Virus record (IMG/VR): IMGVR_UViG_3300022745_000628
Location: 129,797-193,796 of that record
Length of the DNA: 64,000 nucleotides
Origin: a virus
Reading direction: 5' to 3' (one strand)
Shown: piece by piece, positions 26,711 through 36,823 of the stretch
Layout: each line of letters begins with the position of its first letter
Position numbering within the stretch: the first letter of the stretch is position 1
Notes under the pieces: model-generated
The model's input: only the letters and a program-made list of their open reading frames with translations
Told to the model about the DNA's origin: nothing
Databases searched by the model: none
Made by a program: the position numbers and the translations under genes

Positions 26711-27661
26711 ATGGCGATCAACGAATGCGCAATGTTTTTGGGCAGCATCAAGCCGCGGCATTACGACATTGTGTTTACAAACAAAACAGGTGAAATGGCG
26801 CAAAAAGCAATAGCGTGCGCCAAACTACACCAGTTTTTGGATGATCTGGCTCCTAAGCGCATACGCATGGCGGTGCGAGGAGAGGGAGCTGTTTTCGCAT
26901 GTAGTGTCTACGATTGGGCAAGCAAAGCGGAATCGTCGGATTTAGACGGGCCAGCGCGTTGCGAAGTATTTTCGCTTGAGCCTCAGATGTTGGTCTGGTC
27001 TGAGGACGCTAAACACCCGAGTCACTATCGCACATGGACAGCATTAAATAAATGTAGTGCGCCCGGGTCTTTAGGCGGGCCGCATAAGATGACTTATCGA
27101 GATTACTTGAATATGCAGGTGTTCTCTGGCGATGTTAGCGCTATTAAGTCAGGTTCGTACGACAATTTGTTAGCCAAAGCACATTTTTTATCGCCAAGAT
27201 TAAATTTCAAAGTTTTAACAATAGTTATGCACATTCTCGGAAGTCCGCGCTGGTGGGCAATGATGGACAACGTGACTGGCGGGTACAAAGCAAATATGGT
27301 GCTTGGTATTACGGAAGAAGCTTGGCCCACAATGCCGAAGAATACTGCAATGCGATATAAACATGCACGCGAAGCGTTTAACCAAGCTTTGCGAGAAGGT
27401 GTATCTGAGGACAACAGCCAGGCTGCCGACGTTTTAGAATCGTTTGGCTGGGCGCGCGGTGCAAAAGTACCGCCTCCGCAAGCCTTAGAGTTGTTTGTAA
27501 ATTACTTTATGGCTGCCTGGCTCGAATGGTCAGAAGCGTCGCTAACTTCCGATAAAATAGACAGGCAATTTTTAATACCAGAGCACTACATGCCAAAGCA
27601 GTACGTTGCAGCTTACAAAGAGAGATTCAGTGGCTACCGTAATAATAAAACGCCTGAATAA
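26711..27661 (+). CDS. hypothetical protein (weak IS110-C/Nop-like segment)
   Basis: 316 aa; FLSPRLNFKVLTIVMHILGSPRWW...KANMVLGI loosely matches the IS110 C-terminal pattern. Confidence 0.6.
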   Translation: MAINECAMFLGSIKPRHYDIVFTNKTGEMAQKAIACAKLHQFLDDLAPKRIRMAVRGEGAVFACSVYDWASKAESSDLDGPARCEVFSLEPQMLVWSEDAKHPSHYRTWTALNKCSAPGSLGGPHKMTYRDYLNMQVFSGDVSAIKSGSYDNLLAKAHFLSPRLNFKVLTIVMHILGSPRWWAMMDNVTGGYKANMVLGITEEAWPTMPKNTAMRYKHAREAFNQALREGVSEDNSQAADVLESFGWARGAKVPPPQALELFVNYFMAAWLEWSEASLTSDKIDRQFLIPEHYMPKQYVAAYKERFSGYRNNKTPE

Positions 27662-29168
27662 TTTGATTCAGTTGAGCATCGAGGGAGATTTGCCGCTGCC
27701 AGAAAACTTGGTGGCGTTGCTACATCCGCATCTTTCGTATGAAAAGAAAGAATTCCTACGCGGACAGGACACGCAGTTGCTGCCGAATATGGAATTTCCA
27801 ATTGTGCGCAGAAATACGCGAGGACGCATGCGGTTTACACCGGTGTCTATGTATGAGCTGCGAAGCGGCGCACTTATTACAGGCTACGGAATGCTAACAA
27901 AGATAGTTAGTGTTCTTGATAAAGCCGGAATCGGATCCAGATACGTAGACCTTACGCCGCCACACGAGGATCCAACGATATTCGAACCGGATTGGGCTAA
28001 TCTTGCTAAGAAAGTACCAACGTTACGCCCTAAACAGCTCGAGTGTTTACAACGCTTGGCCGGAACAGACTGCGGGATAATTGCAGCTGCGCCTGGGTTT
28101 GGTAAAAGTTTTATGGTTGAAGCCATATGCCATTTGTATCCCAGAGCCCGGATACATTATGTCGTGCCTCAGAAAGACGTTGCTCAAAAAGTAGCGGCTG
28201 TTTTAACCGGCAAGTTTCCAAATGTTGGCGTGTACGGCGGAGGCAGCCATAAACCAGGAGAGCGTATCACGGTGTTTACGTCTGGAAGTGTGCATCATTC
28301 CGACGGAGCCGCCGATATCTTGCTGTGTGACGAAGTCCACGACATGATGACCGATAAAATGATTGAGAAAATCACGGCTACATGGCGAACAACTCGCAAT
28401 TACGGGTTTACGGCCACACCTAAAGGAAGAATGGACGGAGCGGACGCGCAATTAGAATTGTATTTCGGACCGCAGATCTTTTATTTGTCTTATCAAGAGG
28501 CGTGCGAGTTAGGTTTAGTAGTGCCTATCGTAGTACGTTGGTTGCCGATAAACATGGATATCAATCCGTGCGCTGGTAAAGAAGACGTGCGCAAAATGCG
28601 GTTAGGAATTTGGCGAAATGAGGCACGTAATCGGGCTATAGCCCAGGATATACGCAATAACTACCCCGATCCGGATACGCAGGTGCTGGTGTTATGTGCG
28701 ACAGTAGAGCACGCTATTCATCTGTGGCAGTTTCTACCAGAGTTTAAGATGTGTTTTTCAGATCAAGACATGGGAAACATAGAGTGGTATCAAAAAACGC
28801 ACATGTTGCCGCACAACTTTGAAATTGTGACTGGCAAAATACGGGAGCGAATGCGTACGGAGTTCGCAGCTGGCACATTAAAGCGTGTGATAGCTACAGA
28901 CGTATGGACAACTGGTGTGGACTTTTCAAGTCTTCAAGTGTTGTATCGAGTAGACGCGCGCAGCTCTCAAATTAAAGATGTGCAAGCGCCAGGTCGGGTT
29001 AGTCGTATCAGTCCGGACACTGGTAAGCAGTTTGGAGAAGTGATCGACTGCTGGGACCGGTTCGATCCCACCTTCCTGCGCAAATCGGAAGGTAGACGCC
29101 GTACTTACAAGAGTTTAGGCTGGAAACAAACGACCATATCGCCCGACGGCCAACTCACGTTGTTTTAA
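27630..29168 (+). CDS. SF2 DNA helicase (UvsW-like)
   Basis: AAPGFGKS, LCDEVH, TAT, ATDVWTTGVD and QAPGRVSR motifs; GTG start inferred. Confidence 0.9.
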   Translation: MATVIIKRLNNLIQLSIEGDLPLPENLVALLHPHLSYEKKEFLRGQDTQLLPNMEFPIVRRNTRGRMRFTPVSMYELRSGALITGYGMLTKIVSVLDKAGIGSRYVDLTPPHEDPTIFEPDWANLAKKVPTLRPKQLECLQRLAGTDCGIIAAAPGFGKSFMVEAICHLYPRARIHYVVPQKDVAQKVAAVLTGKFPNVGVYGGGSHKPGERITVFTSGSVHHSDGAADILLCDEVHDMMTDKMIEKITATWRTTRNYGFTATPKGRMDGADAQLELYFGPQIFYLSYQEACELGLVVPIVVRWLPINMDINPCAGKEDVRKMRLGIWRNEARNRAIAQDIRNNYPDPDTQVLVLCATVEHAIHLWQFLPEFKMCFSDQDMGNIEWYQKTHMLPHNFEIVTGKIRERMRTEFAAGTLKRVIATDVWTTGVDFSSLQVLYRVDARSSQIKDVQAPGRVSRISPDTGKQFGEVIDCWDRFDPTFLRKSEGRRRTYKSLGWKQTTISPDGQLTLF

Positions 29169-29227
29169 TCTGCGTACCAAGTACAATAATAGTCTGCTTT
29201 GCATCCCATATTTCACGGTAACCCATC

Positions 29228-29947
29228 ATGCGCGATAGGCATCTACGTTTAAATGACGATACGCCGTGTATGCCAATACAGCCGGTTATCCCTGATAAGC
29301 TGAGCGAATCAGTTGAACTAGTGCAAGCTGGTCAAAATATCCGGGCAATTTATTTCGGACTGTACCGGATGTATTCTGGCAATCAGAACATGGGCTCTAC
29401 GCACATACCTAGTCTAGACGGCGGGTATAGCGCGCGCAGCTCTAGAAACTATTCGAAAGCCATTTGGCCTAGCATAGCGCAGAAGTTGCTGGAAGTCGGC
29501 TGCAATCCGTTTGCGTTTATTAAAGTGCAATTTGATAAAGCCACTCCTGGTAGGTGGCCTTACGCAACTTATTTAAAGTCCGCAGCCGCAATGGCTAATT
29601 GGCGGCAATACTCAGAGCAGCATTTCGCGGAATTGCGAATGAAACTCGTATCTGAGTTTAATGTGTTAAAAAGCGACTATTTGCTTATTGGTGCGGCGTC
29701 TAACTTGAATACAGAGCAGGCGGTGCATTACGCGTTAAATGCTGCGGCAACTAAAGTAACGCCGCTAGTCAAATACATTTTTGTCAGCGAGCGCGGGCTT
29801 GATCCAAAGGCATTTGGACTTACGCGCGACGCAGCGCAACAGTACGCTTTTGAATCTAAAAAGTACGACGAGCTACTTAATGGCCGTATTCCTGCTACAT
29901 TACGGTCGGAAGCCACAGCGTTAAAGAATTTGATTAAGGGGGCGTAG
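29228..29947 (+). CDS. hypothetical protein
   Basis: 239 aa, located between two helicase genes. Confidence 0.7.
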   Translation: MRDRHLRLNDDTPCMPIQPVIPDKLSESVELVQAGQNIRAIYFGLYRMYSGNQNMGSTHIPSLDGGYSARSSRNYSKAIWPSIAQKLLEVGCNPFAFIKVQFDKATPGRWPYATYLKSAAAMANWRQYSEQHFAELRMKLVSEFNVLKSDYLLIGAASNLNTEQAVHYALNAAATKVTPLVKYIFVSERGLDPKAFGLTRDAAQQYAFESKKYDELLNGRIPATLRSEATALKNLIKGA

Positions 29948-29956
29948 TACACACAC

Positions 29957-32416
29957 ATGTTTAAAAATGGGGCACGGCCAGCCACGGCCGGCACTTCTAG
30001 ACCTGAAGTGTCTCCGTCGGCAATTGAATTGATTTTGATACTGTGCGCGACTAACGAAGCATTGTTTAACGATGTAGCCAGGCTTATCGAGCCTGATGAT
30101 CTATATAAAGAAGAAGAAACAGCGCTAAAAGCTGTGTGGGCTGGAATGTTGCAGTCTAAAGAGCTAGTGAGCGGCCTCAGTTTTGAATCGGTGTGTTACT
30201 ACACCGATCATTATTTGAAAACGCATCCGCTAGAGGCGACTACTCTTCCACAAGAAGCTGTAGACGCAATATACAGACCTGATCCAAGCGGATTGATTTA
30301 TTCGATTGCATATCCGGACATTCCAGCTAGTCCTGAAAACATAGCATTAGCCCGCCGACATTTACAAAACTTGTCGTACGAGCGCGATGTGTTTCGGGTA
30401 ATTCAAAATGCGGTATCTGCTCCGTATGGCGGGGTTAATGATATCACCGATGTTTTAAACGCGGCCAAAGAACATATAGTTCGGATCACAGCCACTAGTG
30501 CAATTCCTAAAGTAGACGTGGCCCCGCCATTTGGAACGCAGCTCGCACCGGCGGCTAATTATCTGCTGACGGGTATGCCGTTTATAGATAATAGATTAGG
30601 CGGTCAGCGTGTCGGCGATGTTAACGGAATATTGGGGCCCACGGGCGGCGGGAAAGCGCAGCCGTTAGACGCTATTGTTATGACCAGTCGCGGACCAAAG
30701 CCTATGGGCGACATTGTCGTTGGCGAAGTAATTTGCGATCCAATGGGCGGCTATACACGTGTTACAGGTGTTTTTCCGCAAGGAAAACTGGATGCGTATG
30801 AAATAGTCTTTTCGGACGGCAGCACGACCCGCTGCTGTGGTGATCATTTATGGAAGGTAGATTCCGTATACAACGGGTGGCGTGGCCGTGTGATGTCCAC
30901 AGATGAGCTACGCAAGCAACTCAAATCTAAAACTGGAGCCGCTAGATATTCGATAGGTTTAACAGCTCCTGTAGATTTTGAGCATCAGTCTGTAATGCTA
31001 GATCCGTATCTTATTGGGACAATTATGGGGCGCATGGGTAAATATGCTTATGAGAAGGCTATACCAGACGAATATTTGTATACAGATGCTGCGTCGAGAT
31101 GGGCGCTGTTACAAGGATTAATGGACACCGATGGTTATGTAATGGCGCGAGTAGAGCGTCCGGACAGGTGTCGCCTAGAGTACACAACCACAAGTTACCA
31201 GTTGCACAAGCAATTTGTATGGCTAGTGCAATCGTTAGGCGGGCTAGCCACGGTAACTATTAAAAAGACTAAAAAATACCGAGATGCCTATCGTATATGC
31301 GTCAAAATGGACGATTCCGCTAAATGCTTTAGATTGCCGCGTAAAAAACGACTGTGTAGCGACAGGCGAAAAGCGCAAGGTAAAAAGCACCCAGTTAAAC
31401 GACTAATAAAGGATATACGGGCTATTGGCGCTGTTGAGTGTCAATGTATTTCTGTAGATTCGCCGTCTAAATTGTATTTGACCGATAACTTCATTGTTAC
31501 GCACAATACAACTTTGGCACTAGATATGGCGTTACAGGCTTGCAAACAAAGCTTAATCGAGTCACTGGAGACAGGTAAACCGCCGGCACAGGTGATATTT
31601 TTAACTGCCGAAGAAAGCGCCGAAAAGTTACGCCCAAGACTATGGTCTAACTGGTTTAATATCCCACGTGATTTCTTAGAACGAAATGCCGATTGGGAAG
31701 AATATTCTAGGCCTGGAGCGTTAAAGCCGTATGAATTGCAGATGTACCAGGGTTCGCCAGCGCAGTTCTCCGAAGTAGAACGGTACAACATGTTTGCAGA
31801 GCAATTGAGTAAAACACTTGTGCTGTTGGATATATCCGGCAATACCATGTTTCCAGATGCCGGAAACTTCGGATTAAAAGAAATAACGTCGCTGGTAGTA
31901 AGAGCGGTGGACGAGTACGGCATCGCTCCGCGCGCTGTATTTGTGGACTACGCTGGCTTGATAGTAGAGCGGCAGTTAACTAGTTCGCGAGACCCAGCTA
32001 AAGATCTGCAATTTAAACTCAAGCGATTTGCAGATGAGTTCCGTAAAGACATAATTGAAAAGGTAAGCTCCACTGGCTGGTTGCTGCATCAATTAAAAGG
32101 CGAAGCCGCTGAGTTTTCACCAACTAAAGAATTGACTATGGCCGACGCAGGATCTTGTAAGGATTTTGCAGTTAACATGGCGGTGTGCATGATGCTGGGA
32201 GTACCAGACCCGCATACAGGTTGCAGAATACTGCATATGCCTAAAACACGGTACCGAGGTCCAAATATGGATACGCAGCCACATAAAGTGCTTTTACAAA
32301 TTCATAATCAATTTTCTAGGATGGTGGACGTGTCAACAGAATTTTCAGTCGATGCTGCTACCAGGCAGTTTTTACCGGTTAACGAGTTACGCAGTATTGG
32401 CGGGATGGGGATGTGA
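29957..32416 (+). CDS. dnaB: DnaB-like replicative helicase with intein
   Basis: GPTGGGK|TT Walker A split by the intein; VFVDYAG Walker B; LHQL motif. Confidence 0.85.
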   Translation: MFKNGARPATAGTSRPEVSPSAIELILILCATNEALFNDVARLIEPDDLYKEEETALKAVWAGMLQSKELVSGLSFESVCYYTDHYLKTHPLEATTLPQEAVDAIYRPDPSGLIYSIAYPDIPASPENIALARRHLQNLSYERDVFRVIQNAVSAPYGGVNDITDVLNAAKEHIVRITATSAIPKVDVAPPFGTQLAPAANYLLTGMPFIDNRLGGQRVGDVNGILGPTGGGKAQPLDAIVMTSRGPKPMGDIVVGEVICDPMGGYTRVTGVFPQGKLDAYEIVFSDGSTTRCCGDHLWKVDSVYNGWRGRVMSTDELRKQLKSKTGAARYSIGLTAPVDFEHQSVMLDPYLIGTIMGRMGKYAYEKAIPDEYLYTDAASRWALLQGLMDTDGYVMARVERPDRCRLEYTTTSYQLHKQFVWLVQSLGGLATVTIKKTKKYRDAYRICVKMDDSAKCFRLPRKKRLCSDRRKAQGKKHPVKRLIKDIRAIGAVECQCISVDSPSKLYLTDNFIVTHNTTLALDMALQACKQSLIESLETGKPPAQVIFLTAEESAEKLRPRLWSNWFNIPRDFLERNADWEEYSRPGALKPYELQMYQGSPAQFSEVERYNMFAEQLSKTLVLLDISGNTMFPDAGNFGLKEITSLVVRAVDEYGIAPRAVFVDYAGLIVERQLTSSRDPAKDLQFKLKRFADEFRKDIIEKVSSTGWLLHQLKGEAAEFSPTKELTMADAGSCKDFAVNMAVCMMLGVPDPHTGCRILHMPKTRYRGPNMDTQPHKVLLQIHNQFSRMVDVSTEFSVDAATRQFLPVNELRSIGGMGM
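30656..31507 (+). mobile_element. class 3 intein (284 aa) with degenerate LAGLIDADG endonuclease
   Basis: Starts AQPLD and ends IVTHN before Thr+1; DHLW, QCISV and VTHN give the W-C-T triplet; LLQGLMDTDG present. Confidence 0.92.
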
Positions 32417-33498
32417 CTATGGTAGGTGATCCGTTGTACCAAAGGGTGCAAAGAGGAGTGCCGTCCGTGTTAAATAAACCGCTGTATATGCGCTTGGAGC
32501 AGTTATACGGTAAGGTTAAAGTGCACAAGCAAGGCGAACATTTGCGAGAAGTTCCGGCTATTAATCCGGTAACAGGTAAACAAGGTAAAAGAGTCGCGGT
32601 ATTTGGCGAGCAGTATCGAATAAATTGTCCGTATTGCGCTGATACGACGTACCGATGTTACGTAAATCACATGTTTGGCGCATATACGCAAGATGGTCGA
32701 CAGTTAACGCAGTTGATCAAGTGTTACAACGAAGATTGTTTCAAAACTGCTAGCACGTTGGAACGTTTTAAGAGCTTGGTCATTGGCATTCTTAATGCAA
32801 ATTCCAGACAAGCTATGCAATTTGTTACGACAGGTGTGATGGATACATCGCCGATACTACGTAAACAACCTGAGTTGCCGGGCGAGGTCATGTCTTTGAC
32901 GATGCTGGAGCGTATATCGCCTAAACATCCGGCTGTGCAATATATGAAGGCCGATCGCAAATACACAAGTGAGATGCTAGACAAGTATCAAGTAGGTTAT
33001 TGCACCCACTCTCAAAAATACGGAATGGCGTCGGAACGCATAATATTCCCGTGTTTTAAAGAACAAGCGTTGTGGGGCTGGCAAGCCAGGTATGTTGGCA
33101 AGCCTATAAAGTCTGTGCCGAAGTATTACAATTTTCCAGACATGGAAAAAACGGCGTGGATGTACAACCTTGACACGGCCAAAGATAAGGACATGCTTGT
33201 GCTTGTAGAAGGCATACCAGCTGTGCATTTTGTAGGCGATAACGCAGCCGCGTTATTAGGTAAGACTATATCGTCTGCGCAAGCTGAGCTAATAGGTAGA
33301 TATTTTAAGAATAAAGTAGTAGTGCTTTGGCTGGATCTGGACGCACAGCCGACTATAAATTTTCAATTGGAAACAATTAAACGCGCGGGGGCTATTGCCG
33401 TAAACGTATCGCCAATAAATGATTTGGATCCGGCGGACTACGGCACTTCTGACGCGTGGAGGTTGATTCACGGAGCAATAGCGAAAGCAAGAAAATAG
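32413..33498 (+). CDS. DNA primase (Zn finger plus TOPRIM)
   Basis: CPYC, RIIFP, WQARY, KYYN, LVEG and LDLD motifs. Confidence 0.88.
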   Translation: MTMVGDPLYQRVQRGVPSVLNKPLYMRLEQLYGKVKVHKQGEHLREVPAINPVTGKQGKRVAVFGEQYRINCPYCADTTYRCYVNHMFGAYTQDGRQLTQLIKCYNEDCFKTASTLERFKSLVIGILNANSRQAMQFVTTGVMDTSPILRKQPELPGEVMSLTMLERISPKHPAVQYMKADRKYTSEMLDKYQVGYCTHSQKYGMASERIIFPCFKEQALWGWQARYVGKPIKSVPKYYNFPDMEKTAWMYNLDTAKDKDMLVLVEGIPAVHFVGDNAAALLGKTISSAQAELIGRYFKNKVVVLWLDLDAQPTINFQLETIKRAGAIAVNVSPINDLDPADYGTSDAWRLIHGAIAKARK

Positions 33499-36400
33499 TG
33501 CGTACAAACACAGAGTTGTTCAACGAGCTTGTAGCCAGTAACAATGTTACGGCACTGAACGACGCATTTCCGATGTATGCGTTGAATTCGCCAGGGCTAC
33601 CTCCGCCTGGGATAGATTTTATTAAACACGCTGAGCAACTTGGAGATACCCAAGCGGTAATTCAAGGAGCGGCGTCCAAAGGCCAGTTGATGTCCTGGGG
33701 TAAAAATCTAGAGTATTTGTATAGGCGCGCGTTATATGACAACATGTTTTCATTACCCGTGGCTATTAAGAATCTGGTTAAACCAGCACGGGTAGTACCG
33801 GGGCATATTATTGGCGACGATACGTCGGACATGTCTGGTGGACCGCGTCCGGCTAAAGTGATGATCGTTACTAAAGCACCTACTCGCGACGAAGCTGCAA
33901 GTTGCAGGTATTTAGTTGGAGACATATTCGGCGTGTTAAATACGACATTGCGTGAAGTAGGGCTAACGGATGCGATAGTTAGCGAGTTCTATGTAACGGC
34001 TATATGCAAGTGGCCAGCGCTGTTACCGCAGTCGGACGCCATACCTGCAACGCATTTGAACGATTGCGCGTTACTGCTGCATCAAGAATTGCGCATAGTC
34101 AGGCCTGACTACATTTTGTGCTTAGGGTCTGACGCAGGTAAATGGTTTTTGGGGACCAACGGCGCGGTAGCCGCTATGGTCGGAAAGATTGATAAATACG
34201 AGTACGCTGTTCAAAAGTTTGGAGAAGAGCCCGTTAGCCATACTGCAAAGATTGTGGTGGCTCCGCATCCGGCCGCGGTATTTAGAAAGACCGAGCTGTT
34301 CCCAGAATTCCGGGACCAACTCAAACTTTTTAAATCGCTGTGTAGCGGCGAAAAAATCGTAGAGTACGAAGTCGGACTTAAATACAAGAACGTCTACAAA
34401 TTACGAGAGTTACGAAAGATAGTTGACAGTATTGTTAACAATCCTGACCCGACGGCGAGAATAATAGCTGTCGACGGAGAGTGGCACGGCGATCAGCCGA
34501 TGGAACCAGGAGCGTATCTACGCACCATTCAAATTAGCGCCGCTGAAAAAGAAGCCTATTGTGTGGTGTTACGCCATCAAGGCGGATCCGAAGCGTTTAA
34601 ACCTAATATCCCGGCGGCAATTAATGAATTGAAGCGCTTGCTAAAGCGCGACCCAGCTAAAAATTACTATCCAAGACCTGGCGGCCACTATTTCCGAGCC
34701 GACTTGCCGTGGCTGCTACATGAAGGGCTGGACTTACGAGAAGAGTACGCACCGCCATCCAGTTATTTAGATGCAAGACACAGTGGCGGCTGGGATACTT
34801 CCCACATGGTGCATGCACATAACGAAACCGCTATGTTCGGGCTCACAGAAGTAATGGTGCGCTGGACTACTATGCCTGTGTACGACACTTTGATCAAGAA
34901 AGCTGTAAGTGAGTACTGCAAACAGCGCGATATTAAAAAAGAGGCGCTGGAAGGATACGGATTTCTCGGTAACTGGTTACTGCATCCGGAACCTTATGAC
35001 CCTGAATGGCGATTTAATTACAGTGCTATTGATGCAGACGTGACTCGCCGTATTGCTATGCGCTTCCTGAGCCCAGGCGGTGCGCTGGACAAAGATTGGT
35101 TTGGAAACCCATGTTGGGAGCCGTATTGGCTAACACATACAGCTAGTCTAGGCGTATTGCAGATGGAGATGAACGGCATTGCGTTGGATAAACAACGCGT
35201 TGACGATCTGACAACCATGTTTATGTACGTATACGGCGTACTATTAGCTGACTTTCGTAATCAAATCAATTGGCCAGATTTTAATCCAGACTCAGTGCCT
35301 AATTGCGTGGCGTTCATGTTTGGAGATAGCTACAGCCAAAAGATAGATCCAGAAACCAAGCAGCGCGTACTGGTGAAGCCGCCGGATGCACTTAGTTTGA
35401 ATTTGGAGCCTATTAAAAGTACTGGTAAACGACCTAAATTGTGGTCCGACGTGGTTAAAAACCGTGAAACGGATGCTTACTCGCCGAGTACCGATAAAGA
35501 AGTTTTAGGCATATTGGGACACGCGCACCCGTTAGCTATGCAACTTCGAGACTTGAAATTTATAAATCAAGTTCTTAAAGGCGCGCTACGAAAGCCTAAT
35601 TACGACGAAGAATCGTCGGATTGGGAAGTGGACGAGGAAGGAAACCTGGTCTACGATAAAGGTGTGCCTGGGTCAGTATGTTCGGACGGTTGCGTTCGCA
35701 CGCATATATCGCAGAATAAAGAAACCGGGCGATACTCTAGTGCGCGGCCTAACTTACAGGCAATTTCTAAAAAGCGCGAAGCTGATTACGCGCGTATTTG
35801 CGGATATTACGAAACAAACGCAGAAGGCGTTAAAACGCCGAAAGGCGATTATTTACGGTTGCTGCATGAACCGCTGTATAAAAATCAGATACGGTCTATT
35901 TTTAAAGCAAAACCAGGCTACGTCTTGGTAGAAGCAGACTATATCGGTGCTGAGTTAGCGGCTATCGGATGGCTAGCTCAAGATAAAACGTTGATGGACA
36001 GGGTACGACGAAACTGCTTGCCAACCACCGATCCGGATTATTACGAAATACACAGTCAAACAGCCGTGAAGGCGTTTAAGTTAAACTGCGCTCCAACTAA
36101 AAAGGGGCTCGAGTCGTTAGGAAAAATCGCATTACGCGTGGCTGCCAAAAATATAGCGTTTGGAATTCCGTACGGCCGCGGGGCAGAAGCGATATCTAGA
36201 CAATGTCGCGAAGAAGGTGTTAACGTTTCGGTAGAAGAGTGTCAGCAACTAATGGCATTCTATTTTGAAGAGTATCCGGCAGTAGCTGTTTATTTGGACA
36301 AGGCTAAAGCTAGAACGCAGGTAGAGCGTTGGATGGCTGGATCGTTCGGAAGATTACGAAGATTTTTTCCGTCTAAAGAACGATCTGTGATCGGAGAACA

Positions 36401-36806
36401 AGAACGCCAAGGTTGTAATTTTGGTGTTCAGAATTGTGTGGCAGACGCGCTGACCACAGCAATCAGCAATTTTTATCAATATCAGTGTAATCACGACGAT
36501 TGTGCTTTTGAGCTTACGCTTCCAATACACGACGCGATTTTGTTTAATGTGCGGATTGACGCGCTAACAAGATTCTGCAAAGATGTGCACCTCCAAGACG
36601 GCACAGTAAAACGATCGGTACTACGGCAATGTATGGTCGATTCCGTACCGATCTGGCCAAGACTTTTAGACAATACGCCAATGGCTATTGACGCTCCATA
36701 CCACTTTGGTATTGATATTACGGTATCAACCAGTTGGGGGGAGAAGATGTCTGAAGACGAAGCCAAAGAATTGGGAATTAATTTGCACGATTTGGATCTC
36801 GAGTGA
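33498..36806 (+). CDS. polA: family A DNA polymerase with N-terminal uracil-DNA-glycosylase-like domain
   Basis: UDG-like KAP..DE and HPAAVFR; exonuclease VDGE and YSAID; polymerase motifs EADY, KNIAFGIPYG and IHDA. GTG start overlaps the primase stop. Confidence 0.93.
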   Translation: MRTNTELFNELVASNNVTALNDAFPMYALNSPGLPPPGIDFIKHAEQLGDTQAVIQGAASKGQLMSWGKNLEYLYRRALYDNMFSLPVAIKNLVKPARVVPGHIIGDDTSDMSGGPRPAKVMIVTKAPTRDEAASCRYLVGDIFGVLNTTLREVGLTDAIVSEFYVTAICKWPALLPQSDAIPATHLNDCALLLHQELRIVRPDYILCLGSDAGKWFLGTNGAVAAMVGKIDKYEYAVQKFGEEPVSHTAKIVVAPHPAAVFRKTELFPEFRDQLKLFKSLCSGEKIVEYEVGLKYKNVYKLRELRKIVDSIVNNPDPTARIIAVDGEWHGDQPMEPGAYLRTIQISAAEKEAYCVVLRHQGGSEAFKPNIPAAINELKRLLKRDPAKNYYPRPGGHYFRADLPWLLHEGLDLREEYAPPSSYLDARHSGGWDTSHMVHAHNETAMFGLTEVMVRWTTMPVYDTLIKKAVSEYCKQRDIKKEALEGYGFLGNWLLHPEPYDPEWRFNYSAIDADVTRRIAMRFLSPGGALDKDWFGNPCWEPYWLTHTASLGVLQMEMNGIALDKQRVDDLTTMFMYVYGVLLADFRNQINWPDFNPDSVPNCVAFMFGDSYSQKIDPETKQRVLVKPPDALSLNLEPIKSTGKRPKLWSDVVKNRETDAYSPSTDKEVLGILGHAHPLAMQLRDLKFINQVLKGALRKPNYDEESSDWEVDEEGNLVYDKGVPGSVCSDGCVRTHISQNKETGRYSSARPNLQAISKKREADYARICGYYETNAEGVKTPKGDYLRLLHEPLYKNQIRSIFKAKPGYVLVEADYIGAELAAIGWLAQDKTLMDRVRRNCLPTTDPDYYEIHSQTAVKAFKLNCAPTKKGLESLGKIALRVAAKNIAFGIPYGRGAEAISRQCREEGVNVSVEECQQLMAFYFEEYPAVAVYLDKAKARTQVERWMAGSFGRLRRFFPSKERSVIGEQERQGCNFGVQNCVADALTTAISNFYQYQCNHDDCAFELTLPIHDAILFNVRIDALTRFCKDVHLQDGTVKRSVLRQCMVDSVPIWPRLLDNTPMAIDAPYHFGIDITVSTSWGEKMSEDEAKELGINLHDLDLE

Positions 36807-36823
36807 AATTTTAAGGATGATTT

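Noticed and set aside
26400-27900. Intact IS110 element or TIGR array around the Nop-like ORF
   Set aside because: Flanks are fully coding and overlapping; no DEDD domain, non-coding end or tandem array seen.
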